From Catajapyx aquilonaris (taxonomy: Eukaryota), in contig JYFJ02001380.1 in assembly GCA_000934665.2 (NCBI GenBank), positions 1 through 64,000 on the forward strand: DNA of 64,000 nt. The letters are read 5' to 3'. Below the pieces are notes generated by a model, which saw nothing but the letters and a program-made list of their open reading frames with translations, was not told the DNA's origin and ran no database searches. The translations under genes and the position numbers were made by a program. Of the stretch, positions 46,821-58,877 are shown piece by piece; position 1 is the first letter of the stretch, and every line of letters begins with the position of its first letter.

Positions 46821-48734
46821 ATGTTTCGTCGATATGCGTTCATCATATGCCTAATTTTGGGGACTGTTTTGGCCAAAGTAAGAATGACTTCAAAATGTCA
46901 GGATGAAACTGAAGAGACACTCTTGGCACGAGTAGTGTCCAGGATGAGCCAGGAGAGCACTCGACTGGTCAACTGCACCTTGGCCATCCTGCACGATGGA
47001 CGAGTGCTGGACAATGGTCTGGAGAAACTAATCACTAGTGTGGACGTCCCAGTGGTGATTGCTTCACTGGATGAGAATCCGAAGGGTGTGGAAGAAAGTG
47101 AATTGGTGATCCAGCAATCAGGGCAGTGCTTCTTGATTCTTGTTCATTCCAAATACGAATATTTTCATCCGGTACTTCTACAATTGTATAATTCTATGAG
47201 AAAATGGAAAATAACGCGCGACTATATCGTTTTCCACATTAGTGACGGCTATCTTCGTGAAGTTTTAGGGTGGGAATCCGGAGAATTCAAGTTCAGAGTG
47301 GGTGTGGACAATTTGAAGATGGAAAATGGCAATCTGACATTTCGGTTACTGTCAGCATGCTACTTCTGCCAGGAAGGAAAATACTCCGTCAAAGAATCGC
47401 ATAATGTCACTTCATTTGAAGACTTGTTTACTGACGCAACAATGAACTTTCGAGGGAGAGCCATTCACTTGATTGGTGAAGACTATTGGTTGAACCGCTA
47501 TTTGGAGAAATACCTGCATTATGTAAAGGAAGACAACCGTGCGGCATTACATGAGGACCTGTATGCCCACTACCAAATTGCAGCAATTCAGGTTTACTTT
47601 GACACTTGCACGCACCCTTACCGATATGACAGCATGATGATGATTTCCAAGAAATTCACACCAACCATGACTTGGGAAGTGCTTCTCTTTCCCTTTTCAT
47701 GGAAAGTGACACTGCCTTTCATCGCTGTGATATTGGTCATCACCGCAGTGTTTTCCCGTCTCTTGAAACCAAGACAAGGCACTTCTACGTACAACTTCAA
47801 TTTTGTCGCCATCCTTGCTCTTAAGGTGTCTCCACCTCTTTTTAACCAGTCCATCGAAATCAGAGACTTAAAACCTACTGCGACCTGGATCTTCTGCATG
47901 TATTCCTTCTTCTGTGTCCTCATGTCCATTCTATTCACTTCAAACATGGTCGGACTATTCATGGACAAGCCTGCTAGAAACGTGGATTCATTGGACGATC
48001 TTGTGGACATGGGCTACAAATGGGGTGGAAAGAAGAGCGACTCGTTTTACTTCGATCATTTCGTCAATGTCACTGAGATTGAAGTGGAAAAAGTGATTGT
48101 CAATGAAATCGAGTACTATGACATCGACGACTATTACGACTTCATGGAAGAATGCATCGCAAGAACAATGTTGGATAAGTTTGCTTGCTTCGTATATGAA
48201 GGACTTATGGACTCTTACCTAGCATTTGGAAACATTGATCGATCTCAAAGCAGATTTCACACTGATCAACTTCATGTGGTCCGAAGTTCACTACCGATTT
48301 TAATGAGCGGAATTTCTCCCCTCGTAAAGTACTCAATCACAATCGAATCTCTGCAACGAGGTGTGATGAGATACATTGACTTCGGAATCCTTCAATACGA
48401 CAAGGATCTCAGGTACAAGAGGAATGCAGAAGTCCAGCAGATGTCTTTTTTCAAGGCGGAAAATTCTGCGTTTCTTGTAAATTCTCCAAAACCCCTCGGA
48501 CTGCCTCATTTGCAATCACCATTTCACGCCCTGTGTTTTGGACTGTGTGTATCATTGGCCTGTGCTTTGTGTGAAATTACAAATCTGTTGGGTTTCCGTT
48601 CAATTTTTGTTAAACGACACGAGCATGCTAATGTACGCAGCAAAGAAATAGACATCGTACAACATGGCCAGAATAAAATAGATGTGAACTGTGCGCCAAA
48701 CAATCCTGACACAAATCTGGCCTTCACAATCTGA
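46821..48734 (+). CDS. Divergent IR, intact, 637 aa
   Basis: Full architecture, ending NPDTNLAFTI. Its upstream region is much more degenerate than in most copies. Confidence 0.85.
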   Translation: MFRRYAFIICLILGTVLAKVRMTSKCQDETEETLLARVVSRMSQESTRLVNCTLAILHDGRVLDNGLEKLITSVDVPVVIASLDENPKGVEESELVIQQSGQCFLILVHSKYEYFHPVLLQLYNSMRKWKITRDYIVFHISDGYLREVLGWESGEFKFRVGVDNLKMENGNLTFRLLSACYFCQEGKYSVKESHNVTSFEDLFTDATMNFRGRAIHLIGEDYWLNRYLEKYLHYVKEDNRAALHEDLYAHYQIAAIQVYFDTCTHPYRYDSMMMISKKFTPTMTWEVLLFPFSWKVTLPFIAVILVITAVFSRLLKPRQGTSTYNFNFVAILALKVSPPLFNQSIEIRDLKPTATWIFCMYSFFCVLMSILFTSNMVGLFMDKPARNVDSLDDLVDMGYKWGGKKSDSFYFDHFVNVTEIEVEKVIVNEIEYYDIDDYYDFMEECIARTMLDKFACFVYEGLMDSYLAFGNIDRSQSRFHTDQLHVVRSSLPILMSGISPLVKYSITIESLQRGVMRYIDFGILQYDKDLRYKRNAEVQQMSFFKAENSAFLVNSPKPLGLPHLQSPFHALCFGLCVSLACALCEITNLLGFRSIFVKRHEHANVRSKEIDIVQHGQNKIDVNCAPNNPDTNLAFTI

Positions 48735-49329
48735 GGTTTCATCGCGGCTTCGCCAAAATTATTCATGCAGGCAGATTCATCTGCCTGATCTGGCAATAAC
48801 TAAATCCATCATAACCCTCTAGAGACCCAATGTATAGTATGCTATAGAGAAAGGTTTAGGTTTTGTGCGCAGACACTTTACCTATTCTTTCCCTAATATA
48901 TTGTTTCAGAGTTGCGCTCGCACGTATCTGGTATTTTATCTAGATACTTTTTGAAAGTATATTCCCCATCACTGTACGTATTACGCGATTCCACGCCATG
49001 TGTTTTAGACTTTGTTTGTCATTGGCCTGTTCTCTGTTTGGCTTATATGATGTCAATACTATCATCTATCCAACTTGATCGACACAATTTGTGCGCACAG
49101 TTTGAGTCGGCATGAAATGTGAATCTTTCTCACGCAGCACCCTGAATAATTCAAGAGCCGATACGTCAATCATATTTCGGTCATTAATAACGACAGTGCC
49201 AAACTGCATGTCACAACTCACCAGTTCAGACCACGCATTTCAAAGAGTCAGACCTGCTTCATAGGGACACAACTTCTGTTATTGAAGAAAGTTTTTGAGA
49301 ACAGTGTTTCTGGATAATCGGCATAATAA

Positions 49330-49635
49330 CGTACTTGATAAAGATGTGCTCTGCACACTCTTATTTTCGTGTGTGAACCTTGTGCAAAAGTGACAGTGAC
49401 TACAGAATCCGACGATGAAAGTGAAGAGACACTCTTGGCAAAGGTGGTGTGATTTTACCAATCTGGCGGAATTTCCTGGAATATTTCCTAAGAGCGATTG
49501 AGCCTCTTTATCACCATGTTCTTCACAAAACGTCAGGAAGGGAATGTGTGCCACAGTCGTACCGTTTACAGTCACAGACAATGTGACATTTCAATTTCTG
49601 TCACCATCCTACTTCCAGGAAGGAAATTATTCTGT
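49330..49635 (+). pseudogene. IR 5' remnant (signal peptide to LLAKVV plus a CYFC-region scrap); duplicated at ~53690-54000
   Basis: gtgcaaaagtgacagtgactacagaatccgacgatgaaagtgaagagacactcttggcaaaggtggtg matches the start of copy 50587. Region 49040-49925 is duplicated at 53400-54645. Confidence 0.75.
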
Positions 49636-49925
49636 TTTCTTCATACGTATGTCTCCTTGCACATGTAATAATTACGTACTCGGTACAGTACATTTGGATT
49701 GGTTTAGTTGTTTTTGTGTAAGCTCCATAGTGATTTCCCTTAATTAATATTATTCATCACACCTTTTCTCACATGTCTCAATTTCATAAATCAATAGGCT
49801 ACAGTGTTAAGCAACCATTATTTCATTATTCTGGCATTGACATACACACTGACGTCTGATAAATTCAGGATATGTAGCGAAATATTTTCTCCTGTAATCA
49901 TCTTGACGAGTCGTGATGTTGGGAT

Positions 49926-50053
49926 GCGCCCGTGGGCCCGGGCGTTGTAAAAATAGGATTTTCCAACTTGTAATAACACTTCAATAAATGTCTGGCAGAA
50001 AACCCCTAGGGGTACGCCTATCACCCAATTATTTATTATTATTATTATTATTA
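49926..50053 (+). mobile_element. Possible 3' end of a non-LTR retroelement with a (TTA)n tail, at a rearrangement junction
   Basis: It truncates an array promoter right after ...gagtcgtgatgttgggatg (compare 54630-54650). It contains AATAAA and the palindrome acccctaggggt and ends in (tta)n. No TSD found. Confidence 0.4.
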
Positions 50054-50586
50054 ATATGCAGAGTTATCATTCAAATGTCATGAAACGACACGACGAACAA
50101 AACAACGGCAATCGTTCATGTAATAAATAAATTGTGTTAAAGATACTGAGACATACAGTCTGGCAGGATTTTAGTGGATTATAGATATAAATGCATGTAT
50201 CGGGCAATCAGAATGATGTTGGCATTTTCAGAACTATCCTCTTAGGTCCATAAGCAGTTTTTTAAATAATTGAGAGACTGCACTTATTGTTTCGAGTTGT
50301 TATCTAACAACAAGTACTCATATATTCATCTTGGACGGGCAGACATATGCGCAACATGACCTTATCAGGATGAAATGTACTGTACACAATTACACCTTCA
50401 CACGCACCGTGCATATTTCAAAAGCCGATACGTCAGTCATTAACAAGGACAGTGCGAAAAGACTTATCAATACTGTATGCCACAATTCGCCAGTTCAGAT
50501 CCGGCTTTTTTCAAAAGACAGACCTGCTATTTAGGAACATAATTTATGATTTTTTTGAAAGTGTATATTGACATTCATCACTAAAA

Positions 50587-51977
50587 ATGATTCATAAAGT
50601 TTTGCTTTCCACACTCCTATTTTGTTGGACAGCTTGTGCAAAAGTGACAGTGACTACAGAATCCGACGATGAAAGTGAAGAGACACTTTTGGCAAAGGTA
50701 GTGTCCAGTATGAGCCAGGAGAACACTCGACTGGTCAACTGCACCTTGGCCATCCTGCACGATGGACGAGTACTGGACAATGGTCTGGAGAAACTAATCA
50801 CTAGTGTGGACGTCCCAGTGGTGGTTGCTTCACTGGAGGAGAATCCGAAGAGTGTGGACGAGAGGGAATTGGTGATCCAGCAATCGGGGCAGTGCTTCTT
50901 CATTCTTGTTCAATCCAAATACGAACATTTTCGTGCGTTACTTGAACAATTTGATGACTCAATGAGAAAACGGAAAATAACCGGCGACTATATTATTTTC
51001 CACATTAGTGACGGGTATCTTCATGAAGCATTAGAATGGGAGTCTCCCCAATACAAGTACAGAGTGGGTGTGGACAATCTGAAGATGGAACATGGCAATA
51101 TAATATTTCAGTTACTCTCACTGTGCTACTTCTGCCAAAAAGGAAAATACTCGGTCGAAGAATCGCATAATGTCACTTCACTTGAATACTTGTTCACTGA
51201 CACGACAGTGGACTTTCGAGGGAGAGCCATTCACGTAAATCATGAAGATGATATTTTGAACCTCTATATGGAGAAATACCTGCATTATGTAAGTAAAGAA
51301 AACGTTTCTGCAATTATCATGAAGACCTGTACGCTCACCGGACAAGTGTAGCAATACAGGTTGGCCGTAACACTTACACCCACCCTTACATAATGGAAAG
51401 CATGATGATGGTGACCAAGAAAATCACACCAACTATGACTTGGGCTGTGCTTCTCTTTCCCTTCTCCTGGCAGGTGACGCTGCCTTTCGTGATTGTGATA
51501 TTGGTAATCACGACAGTGTTTTGCCATCTCTTGAAACGAGGCCAATGCACTTCCAAGTATCACTTCAATTTTGTCACCCTCCTTGTCCTCAAAGTGTACC
51601 CACCCCTTTTATGCCAGTCCATCAATATCAGAGACTTGAAACCTGCTGCGACCAGGATCTTCTGCATGTATTCCTTCTTCTGTGTCCTGATGTCCAACTT
51701 CTTCACTGCAGACATGATCGGACTGTTAATGAAACGCCCTGCAAAAAATGTTGACACTCTGACTGATCTTGTGGACATGGGCTACAAGTGGGGTGGAGAG
51801 AAGAGCGACACATTTTACTTCGATCAATTTGTCAATGTCACTGAAATTGAAGTGGAAAAAGTGATCGCCAATGGGATCGAGTACTACGAAAAGGAAGATT
51901 ATGACGACTTCATGGAAGAATGCCTTGGGCGAGCACTGGTGGAGAAGTTTGCTTGCTTTGTGTATGGAGATTATCTG

Positions 51978-52054
<77 letters not shown>

Positions 52055-52851
52055 CATTACCCCATTGGGAGTTACATTTCCTTTAGGGGGGTGGAAATAC
52101 CACCATTTGGGTGGAACCGGTATACTAAGATAGTATTTAGTGTGTTCCAAGGGTAGGTAGGAGGGGATGTGCAAAGTGCGTGTGCAATGTCGTTGATGTG
52201 CCGTTTTTGTGAACTCCCCCGGGTGGCATATGTGAAAGGATCGCCACCCGAAACGAAGCCAGAGACGGTCTCACTCTGCACGAAAGAAGGTGGGAACCCC
52301 GGGTGGGGATTGAACCCGGGACCATTGATTATCTGGAATATTATATGCTATATATAAATATTCATCAATCTAAAATCAGATCCCCTGATCAACTTCATAT
52401 GGTACGAAGTTCACTTCCGCTTTGGATGGGCGGAATGTCTCCCCGAGTGAAGTATTCGGTCACATTCGAATCTCTGCAACGAGGTGTGATGAGATACATT
52501 GACTGCGGAATCCGCCATTACGACAAGGATCTCACGTACAAGCGGAAAAAAGAAGTCATGCAGATGTCTTTATTCAAGGAGGATAATGCTGCGTCTGTTG
52601 AGAATGATCCAATAGCCCTCGAACTGAGTCACTTGAAGTCTCCATTTCACGCCCTGTGTTTTGGGTTCTGCTTGTCATTCGCTTGTTTTCTGTGCGAAAC
52701 TACAAATCTGCTGGATTTCCTTCCAATGATCGCTAAACGACACGGCCATGCTAAACGGCAGGTGCGCAACAAAATAACAGTCACCTTATACCGAAAGACC
52801 CGAATAGAATCAATTTTCACTCTGAACGAATCAATCCGAACACAAACCTAA
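50587..52851 (+). pseudogene. IR copy with a frameshift (~51318) and a SINE insertion in S2
   Basis: ORFs 50587..51351, 51393..52133 and 52303..52851 tile one paralogue around the insertion. Confidence 0.88.
51984..52326 (-). mobile_element. tRNA-derived SINE-like retroposon with a (TA)n tail and 15-bp TSD
   Basis: TSD gattatctggaatat at 51969-51983 and 52327-52341. The minus strand begins ..cccgGGTTCAATCCCcac (Pol III B-box-like) and ends ggggtaatgcaaa(ta)n. Confidence 0.85.
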
Positions 52852-54069
52852 CATAAACCAACCTTGTTTTCACACTGTGAAGTTTAATAACATCTTCGTC
52901 TAAATTACTGTATTCATATACCGCATCGTTAGTATCATCTGGCAATAACACTAAAGGCATTGACAAAATTGACAAAATTGACCTTATACTTGGTACTCAA
53001 CCTGTAACGAATCATTACTAGGCACTTCACAATTCCGACGTACTTTTTTTGAGACAGTGAGAACACACGCTTTATTTCGCCAATGTATTAAATACGGTGG
53101 TCTTACTTTACTTTATAATGTGATGCTGATTTGATTTCTATTGCGTTAACAGTACTCGTTTATCAATTAATCAATATTAATTTCTTTAAATAACACTCAA
53201 GCCACATGGGAGGCTTTTAGGATATTTTACAGTAGATCTCACAGATTTTGGATCAGTCAATCAGTCGCTGGCCACTAGATTTGAAGGATCTTTCTGGACA
53301 TTTACCTAGTACAGTACTTATATTTGAAAACATTAATCGATCTCAAAGCAGATTTCACACTGATCAGCTTCATATGGTGCGCCAGCTGTATGTATTTGGC
53401 TTATGATGTAAATACTAATCATCTATCCAACTTGATCGACACAATTTGTGCCCACAGTTTCAGTCGGCATGAAATGTGAATCGTTCTCACGCAGCACCCT
53501 GAATAATTCAAGAGCCGATACTTCAATCATATTTCGGTCATTAATGACGGCAGTGCCAAACTGCATGTCACAACTCATCAGTTCAGACCACGCATTTCAA
53601 AGGGTCAGACCTGCTTCATAGGGACACAACTTCTGTTATTGAAGAAAGTTTTTGAGAAAAGTGTTTCTGGATAGTCGGCATTATAACGTACTTGATAAAT
53701 ATGTGCTCTGCACACTCTTATTTTCGTGTGTGAACCTTGTGCAAAAGTGACAGTGACTATAGAATCCGACGAGGAAAGTGAACAGACACTCTTGGCAAAG
53801 GTGGTGTGATTTTACCAATCTGGCGGAATTTCCTGGAATATTTCCTAATAAGTGCGATTGAGTCTCTTTATCACCATGTTATTCACAAAACGCCAGGAAA
53901 GGAAGGTGTGCCACAGTCGCACCGTTTACAGGCACAGACAATGTGACATTTCAATTTCTGTCACCATCCTACTTCCAGGAAGGAAATTATTGTGTTTTCT
54001 TTATACTTATGTCTCCTTGCACTTGTAATAATTCTGTATACGGTACAGTACGTTTGGATTGGTTTAGTA

Positions 54070-54409
54070 CTGTACCGTATGTGCCGCTGTGTGAAAGGCC
54101 CCAGGTTCGATCCCCGCCTGGGGAACTTTCCTTTCACCTGCGTCAGGAGGGTCTCTGACCTGCACCAAGGAGGTGTCTGGCAACCTAACCTCCTGGGGAA
54201 CAGCACATGACCCCTTTACCGACATTGCACTTGCACCAATGTTCCTTCCCCAAAAATCCCTATCCCTACCCCTACATCCTTGACTCCTTGCACCGGTGAA
54301 TGAAGTAAATATAGGAAAATGGAGTGAAATGGTGGTATTCCACCCCCCTAAAAAGGCCCAGCCTTATCACGGGGTAACGTAAAATAAAAAAAATAAAAAA
54401 TAAAAAAAA
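54070..54409 (+). mobile_element. tRNA-derived SINE-like retroposon with an A-rich tail and 13-bp TSD
   Basis: TSD gattggtttagta at 54057-54069 and 54410-54422. B-box-like GGTTCGATCCC near 54104 and tail (aaaaaat)n. Empty paralogous site at ~49697. Confidence 0.9.
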
Positions 54410-54544
54410 GATTGGTTTAGTAGTTTTTGTGTAAGCTCCATCGTGATTTCCCTTAATTAATATTATTCATCACACCTTTTCTCACGTGTCTCAAATCAAT
54501 AAATTAATTATGCAGGTGTTAAGCAACAAGCACCCAGGCTACGC

Positions 54545-54765
54545 ATTTCATTATTCTGGCATTGACAGACTAACGTTTGATGAATTCAGGATATGTAGCG
54601 AAATATGAACTACTGTAATATTCTTGACGAGTCGTGATGTTGGGATGACAGCATGTGCGCAAAAACTACTGTCACGAACCAAGTGGGCAGTCCATACTTT
54701 GAGCTGTCTCGCATTGGGACACACTTTGTGGCACTCTCAGCACGTGAAGCTACATACGTATGAAC
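54545..54765 (+). promoter_or_regulatory. Shared array promoter module (representative copy)
   Basis: cattattc..TTGACAGAC..GAATTCAGGA..TTCTTGACGAGTCGTGAT..ATGACAG..gtcca(c/t)ac(c/t)ttgag..CAG..tgaagcta..ATG. The core recurs at ~16091, 18888, 24701, 27514, 30942, 33542, 38281, 40664, 43255, 49901, 54621, 59783 and 63387, 130-160 bp upstream of the ATG. Confidence 0.65.
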
Positions 54766-56604
54766 ATGTTTTGGAAATGGGGATTCATTGTGCACTTACT
54801 TTTGTGGACTGTTTTTGCCGAAGTGACAGTGACTACAAAATCTGAGGATGAAAGTGAAGAGACACTCTTGGTAAAAGTAGTGTCCAGGATGAGCCAGGAG
54901 AACACTCGACTGGTCAACTGCACCTTGGCCATCCTGCACGATGGACGAGTACTGGACAATGGTCTGGAGAAACTAATCACTAGTGTGGACGTCCCAGTGG
55001 TGGTTGCTTCACTGGAGGAGAATCCGAAGAGTGTGGACGAGAGGGAATTGGTGATCCAGCAATCGGGGCAGTGCTTCTTGATTCTTGTTCACTCCAAATA
55101 CGAATATTTTCGTGCTTTACTTGAACAATTATTTTATTCACTGAGAAAACGGAAAATAACTCGCGACTATATCGTTTCCTACATATGTGACGGGTATCTT
55201 CATGATGCATTAGAATGGGAATCACCTCAATACAAGTACAGAGTGGGTGTGGACAATTTGAAGATGGAAAATGGCAATCTGACATTTCGGTTGCTGTCAG
55301 CGTGCTACTTCTGCCAGGAAGGAAACTATTCCGTGAAAGAATCACAAAATACTTCATTTGAATACTTGTTCACTGACACAACAATGGACTTTCGTGGAAG
55401 AGCCATTCACTTGTTTGGTGAAGACTATTGGTTGAACCGCTATTTGGAGAAATACCTGCATTATGTAAAGGGAGACAACCGTGCGGCATATCAGGACGAC
55501 CCGTACGCCCACAGCCAAGGTGCAGTAATACTGGTTGGCCTTCACACTTACACACATCCTTACAAAAGGCAATGCATGATGATGGTTACGAAGAAAATCA
55601 CAGCAACCATGACTTGGGCTGTGCTTCTCTTTCCCTTCTCCTGGCAGGTGACGCTGCCTTTCGTGATTGTGATATTGGTAATCACCACAATGCTTTGCCA
55701 TCTCTTGAAGCCAGGTCAAAGTACTTTTGCGTATCACTTCAATTATGTCACCGTCCTTGCCCTGAAGGTGTACCCACCCCTTTTGTGTCAGTCCATCAAA
55801 ATGAGAGACTTGAGACCTGCTGCGACCTGGATCTTCTGCATGTATTCCTTCTTCTGCGTCCTGATGTCCAACTTCTTCACTGCAGACATGGTCGGACTGT
55901 TAATGAAACGCCCAGTTAAAAATGTGGATTCTCTTCAGGATCTTGTGGACATGGGCTACAAGTGGGGTGCAGCGCAGAGTGGCTCATTTTACTTCAATGC
56001 TTTCGTCAATGTCACTGAGATTGAAGTGGAAAAAGTGATCGCCAATGGGATCGAGTACTACGGCAGCGAATATTATATGGACTTTATTGAAGAATGCATT
56101 GGAAGAGCAATGGTGGAGAAGTTTGCTTGCTTTGTATTTGAAGGATATATGGACTTTTATATTGCGTTTGGAAACATTCATCGATCTAATAGGAGATTAT
56201 TTCACTCTGATCAGCTTCATCCGGTACAAAGTTCACTACCGCTTAAGATGGGCGGATTATCTCCCCGAATAAAGTATTCGGTCACATTAGAATCTCTTCA
56301 ACGAGGTGTAATGAGATACATTGACTTCGGAATCCTTCAATACGACATGGATCTCAGGTTCAAGTGGAGCATAGAAGTCATGCAGATGGCTTCGTTCAAG
56401 GAGAAAAATGCTACAGCCGATGCGAATTCTCCAACAGCCCTCGGCCTGCCTCACTTGCAGTCTCCATTTCACGCCCTGTGTTTTGGATTGTGTGTATCAT
56501 TGGCTTGTTTTCTGTGTGAAAAAACAAATCTGCTGGGTTTTTATTCAATTGTGGTGAAACGACACGACCAACAAAACAACTATAATCGTACATGTAATAA
56601 ATAA
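54760..56604 (+). CDS. Divergent IR, full-length to M4, short tail, 614 aa
   Basis: Full architecture. Start is 54760 or 54766. Confidence 0.85.
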   Translation: MNMFWKWGFIVHLLLWTVFAEVTVTTKSEDESEETLLVKVVSRMSQENTRLVNCTLAILHDGRVLDNGLEKLITSVDVPVVVASLEENPKSVDERELVIQQSGQCFLILVHSKYEYFRALLEQLFYSLRKRKITRDYIVSYICDGYLHDALEWESPQYKYRVGVDNLKMENGNLTFRLLSACYFCQEGNYSVKESQNTSFEYLFTDTTMDFRGRAIHLFGEDYWLNRYLEKYLHYVKGDNRAAYQDDPYAHSQGAVILVGLHTYTHPYKRQCMMMVTKKITATMTWAVLLFPFSWQVTLPFVIVILVITTMLCHLLKPGQSTFAYHFNYVTVLALKVYPPLLCQSIKMRDLRPAATWIFCMYSFFCVLMSNFFTADMVGLLMKRPVKNVDSLQDLVDMGYKWGAAQSGSFYFNAFVNVTEIEVEKVIANGIEYYGSEYYMDFIEECIGRAMVEKFACFVFEGYMDFYIAFGNIHRSNRRLFHSDQLHPVQSSLPLKMGGLSPRIKYSVTLESLQRGVMRYIDFGILQYDMDLRFKWSIEVMQMASFKEKNATADANSPTALGLPHLQSPFHALCFGLCVSLACFLCEKTNLLGFYSIVVKRHDQQNNYNRTCNK

Positions 56605-57065
56605 GTTGGTTTAAAGATACTGAGACATACCGTATGGCAGGATTTTAATGGACTGTAGATATAATTGCATTGTTATCTAGCAACAAGTACATATGCCAAC
56701 AACAAATCAATCACTGGTACATTCACTGGTAATGAGTCGTGTTTCTCCAAACCTTTTGCGCATGTGAAGTCAATATTATTCTCTGGTTGAATAAGTAGTA
56801 GGCCTACTCATATATTCAACTTGTGCGGGCCGACATATGCATGAACTGATCCGAAAGAAATGTACACGAGTACACCTTCACACGAACCGTGTATATTTCA
56901 AGAGCCGATACGTCAGTCATTAACACGGACATTGCGCAAAGACTCATCAGTACTGTATGCCACAATTCGCCAGTTCAGATCCGGCTTTTGCGAGAGTCAG
57001 ACCTGCTATTTAGGAACACCTTTTATGATTTTCCTTAAAGTGTTTCTTGACATTCATTACAAAAA

Positions 57066-58877
57066 ATGATTCATAGAGTTTTACTTTGCACACTCCTATT
57101 TTGTTGGGGAGCTTGTGCTCTGGTGACAGTGACTACAAAATCTGAGGATGAAAGCGAAGAGACACTCTTGGCACAAGTAGTGTCCAGGATGAGGCAGGAG
57201 AACACTCGACTGGTCAGCTGCACCTTGGCCATCCTGCACGATGGACGAGTACTGGACAATGGTCTGGAGAAACTAATCACTAGTGTGGACGTCCCAGTGG
57301 TGGTTGCTTCACTGGAGGAGAATCCGAAGAGTGTGGACGAGAGGGAATTGGTGATCCAGCAATCGGGGCAGTGCTTCTTCATTCTTGTTCACTCCAAATA
57401 CGAATATTTTTGTGCATTACTTGAACAATTTAATGACTCACTGAGAAAACGGAAAATAACTCGCGACTATATTATTTTCCACACTAGTGACGGGTATCTT
57501 CATGAAGCATTAGAATGGGAGTCTCCAAAATACAAGTACAGAGTAGGTGTGGACAATATGAGGATGGATAATGGTAACCTAACATTTCGGATGCTGTCAG
57601 CGTGCTACTTTTGTGAGGATGGAAAATACTCTGTTGAAGAACTGTCAACAGAGAAGCCATTTGAATATTTGTATATTGACAACACAGTGAACTTTGGCGG
57701 GAGGGCTGTTCACGTGGAGTCTCCAGATTATTTTTTAAACCCCCACTTGGAAGAATACCTGCATTACGTAACTGCCATGAATGAGACCGGTGAGACTGAC
57801 CTCTACACTCACTATCATGAAATAGAAGCATCAGTATTAAAATCACAGACTTTCACCCAGCCTTATCGAATAGAGAGGATGTTAATTATCACTAAAAAAC
57901 CATTTCCAACCATGACTTGGGCTGTGCTTCTCTTTCCCTTCTCCTGGCAGGTGACACTGCCTTTCATCACCGTGATATTGGTAATCACCGCAGTGTTTTG
58001 CCATCTCTCGATACCAAGTCAACGCAATTCTACGAATAACTTCAATTTTGTCGCCATCCTTGCCCTGAAGGTGTACCCACCCCTTTTGTGCCAGTCCATC
58101 GAAATGAAAGATATGAAACCTGCTGCGACCTGGATATTCTGCATGTATTCCTTCTTCTGTGTCCTGATGTCCAACTTCTTCACTGCAGACATGGTCGGAC
58201 TGCTCATGAAAAAGTCTGTTAAAAATGTGGATTCTCTGCAGGATCTTGTTGACATGGGCTACAAGTGGGGGACCAGCAGAGAGCACATGCTTTATTTTGA
58301 TTCCTTTGTGGAAGTGACGGAGATTGAATTGGAAAAGGTGATCGTCAATGGGATCGTATACTCCTATGAGGACTATGCATCGTTTCTAGAAGAATGCATT
58401 GATAGAGTAATGGTGGATAAGTTTGCTTGCTTCGTACCAGAACTTGCATGGAGCCTGGTGGGCATGATGCTCGATAATAATTTACGCTTTGATGTTAATC
58501 TGGATGAGATTCATGCGGTACAAAGCGAATTACCACTCATGATGGTAGGAATAGTCACTAAGGTCAGGTCCTCGGTAATTTACGAATCTCTGCAACGAGG
58601 TGTGATGCGATACATTGAATGCGGATTCTTCAATTTCTACATTCAACGACTCAAATACGAGTATATGCTGGCAAGTATGCTGGTGATGATTCAGTACAAA
58701 GAAGAAAACACAATTATATCCGATGGAAATAATTTAGAAGGACTCAAACTACTCCACTTGAAGTCACCATTTCTTGCCCTGTGTGTTGGATTATCTGTGT
58801 CATTTGCATGCTTCCTATATGAAACCACAAATTCAGTAGGCCTTCGTGCAATTCTTTGCAAACCTGTAATTAATTAA
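57066..58877 (+). CDS. Divergent IR, full-length to M4, tail truncated, 603 aa
   Basis: Full architecture. NPQTNLVFTL is still encoded downstream of the stop (~58958-58989). The upstream region matches that of copy 50587. Confidence 0.85.
   Translation: MIHRVLLCTLLFCWGACALVTVTTKSEDESEETLLAQVVSRMRQENTRLVSCTLAILHDGRVLDNGLEKLITSVDVPVVVASLEENPKSVDERELVIQQSGQCFFILVHSKYEYFCALLEQFNDSLRKRKITRDYIIFHTSDGYLHEALEWESPKYKYRVGVDNMRMDNGNLTFRMLSACYFCEDGKYSVEELSTEKPFEYLYIDNTVNFGGRAVHVESPDYFLNPHLEEYLHYVTAMNETGETDLYTHYHEIEASVLKSQTFTQPYRIERMLIITKKPFPTMTWAVLLFPFSWQVTLPFITVILVITAVFCHLSIPSQRNSTNNFNFVAILALKVYPPLLCQSIEMKDMKPAATWIFCMYSFFCVLMSNFFTADMVGLLMKKSVKNVDSLQDLVDMGYKWGTSREHMLYFDSFVEVTEIELEKVIVNGIVYSYEDYASFLEECIDRVMVDKFACFVPELAWSLVGMMLDNNLRFDVNLDEIHAVQSELPLMMVGIVTKVRSSVIYESLQRGVMRYIECGFFNFYIQRLKYEYMLASMLVMIQYKEENTIISDGNNLEGLKLLHLKSPFLALCVGLSVSFACFLYETTNSVGLRAILCKPVIN

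Noticed and set aside
51871..52174. ORFs with (IY)n runs
   Set aside because: Translation of the SINE's (TA)n tail.
54090..54130. Possible tRNA gene (GGTTCGATCCC)
   Set aside because: Only a T-arm/B-box is visible, inside a TSD-flanked, tailed insertion; no cloverleaf.
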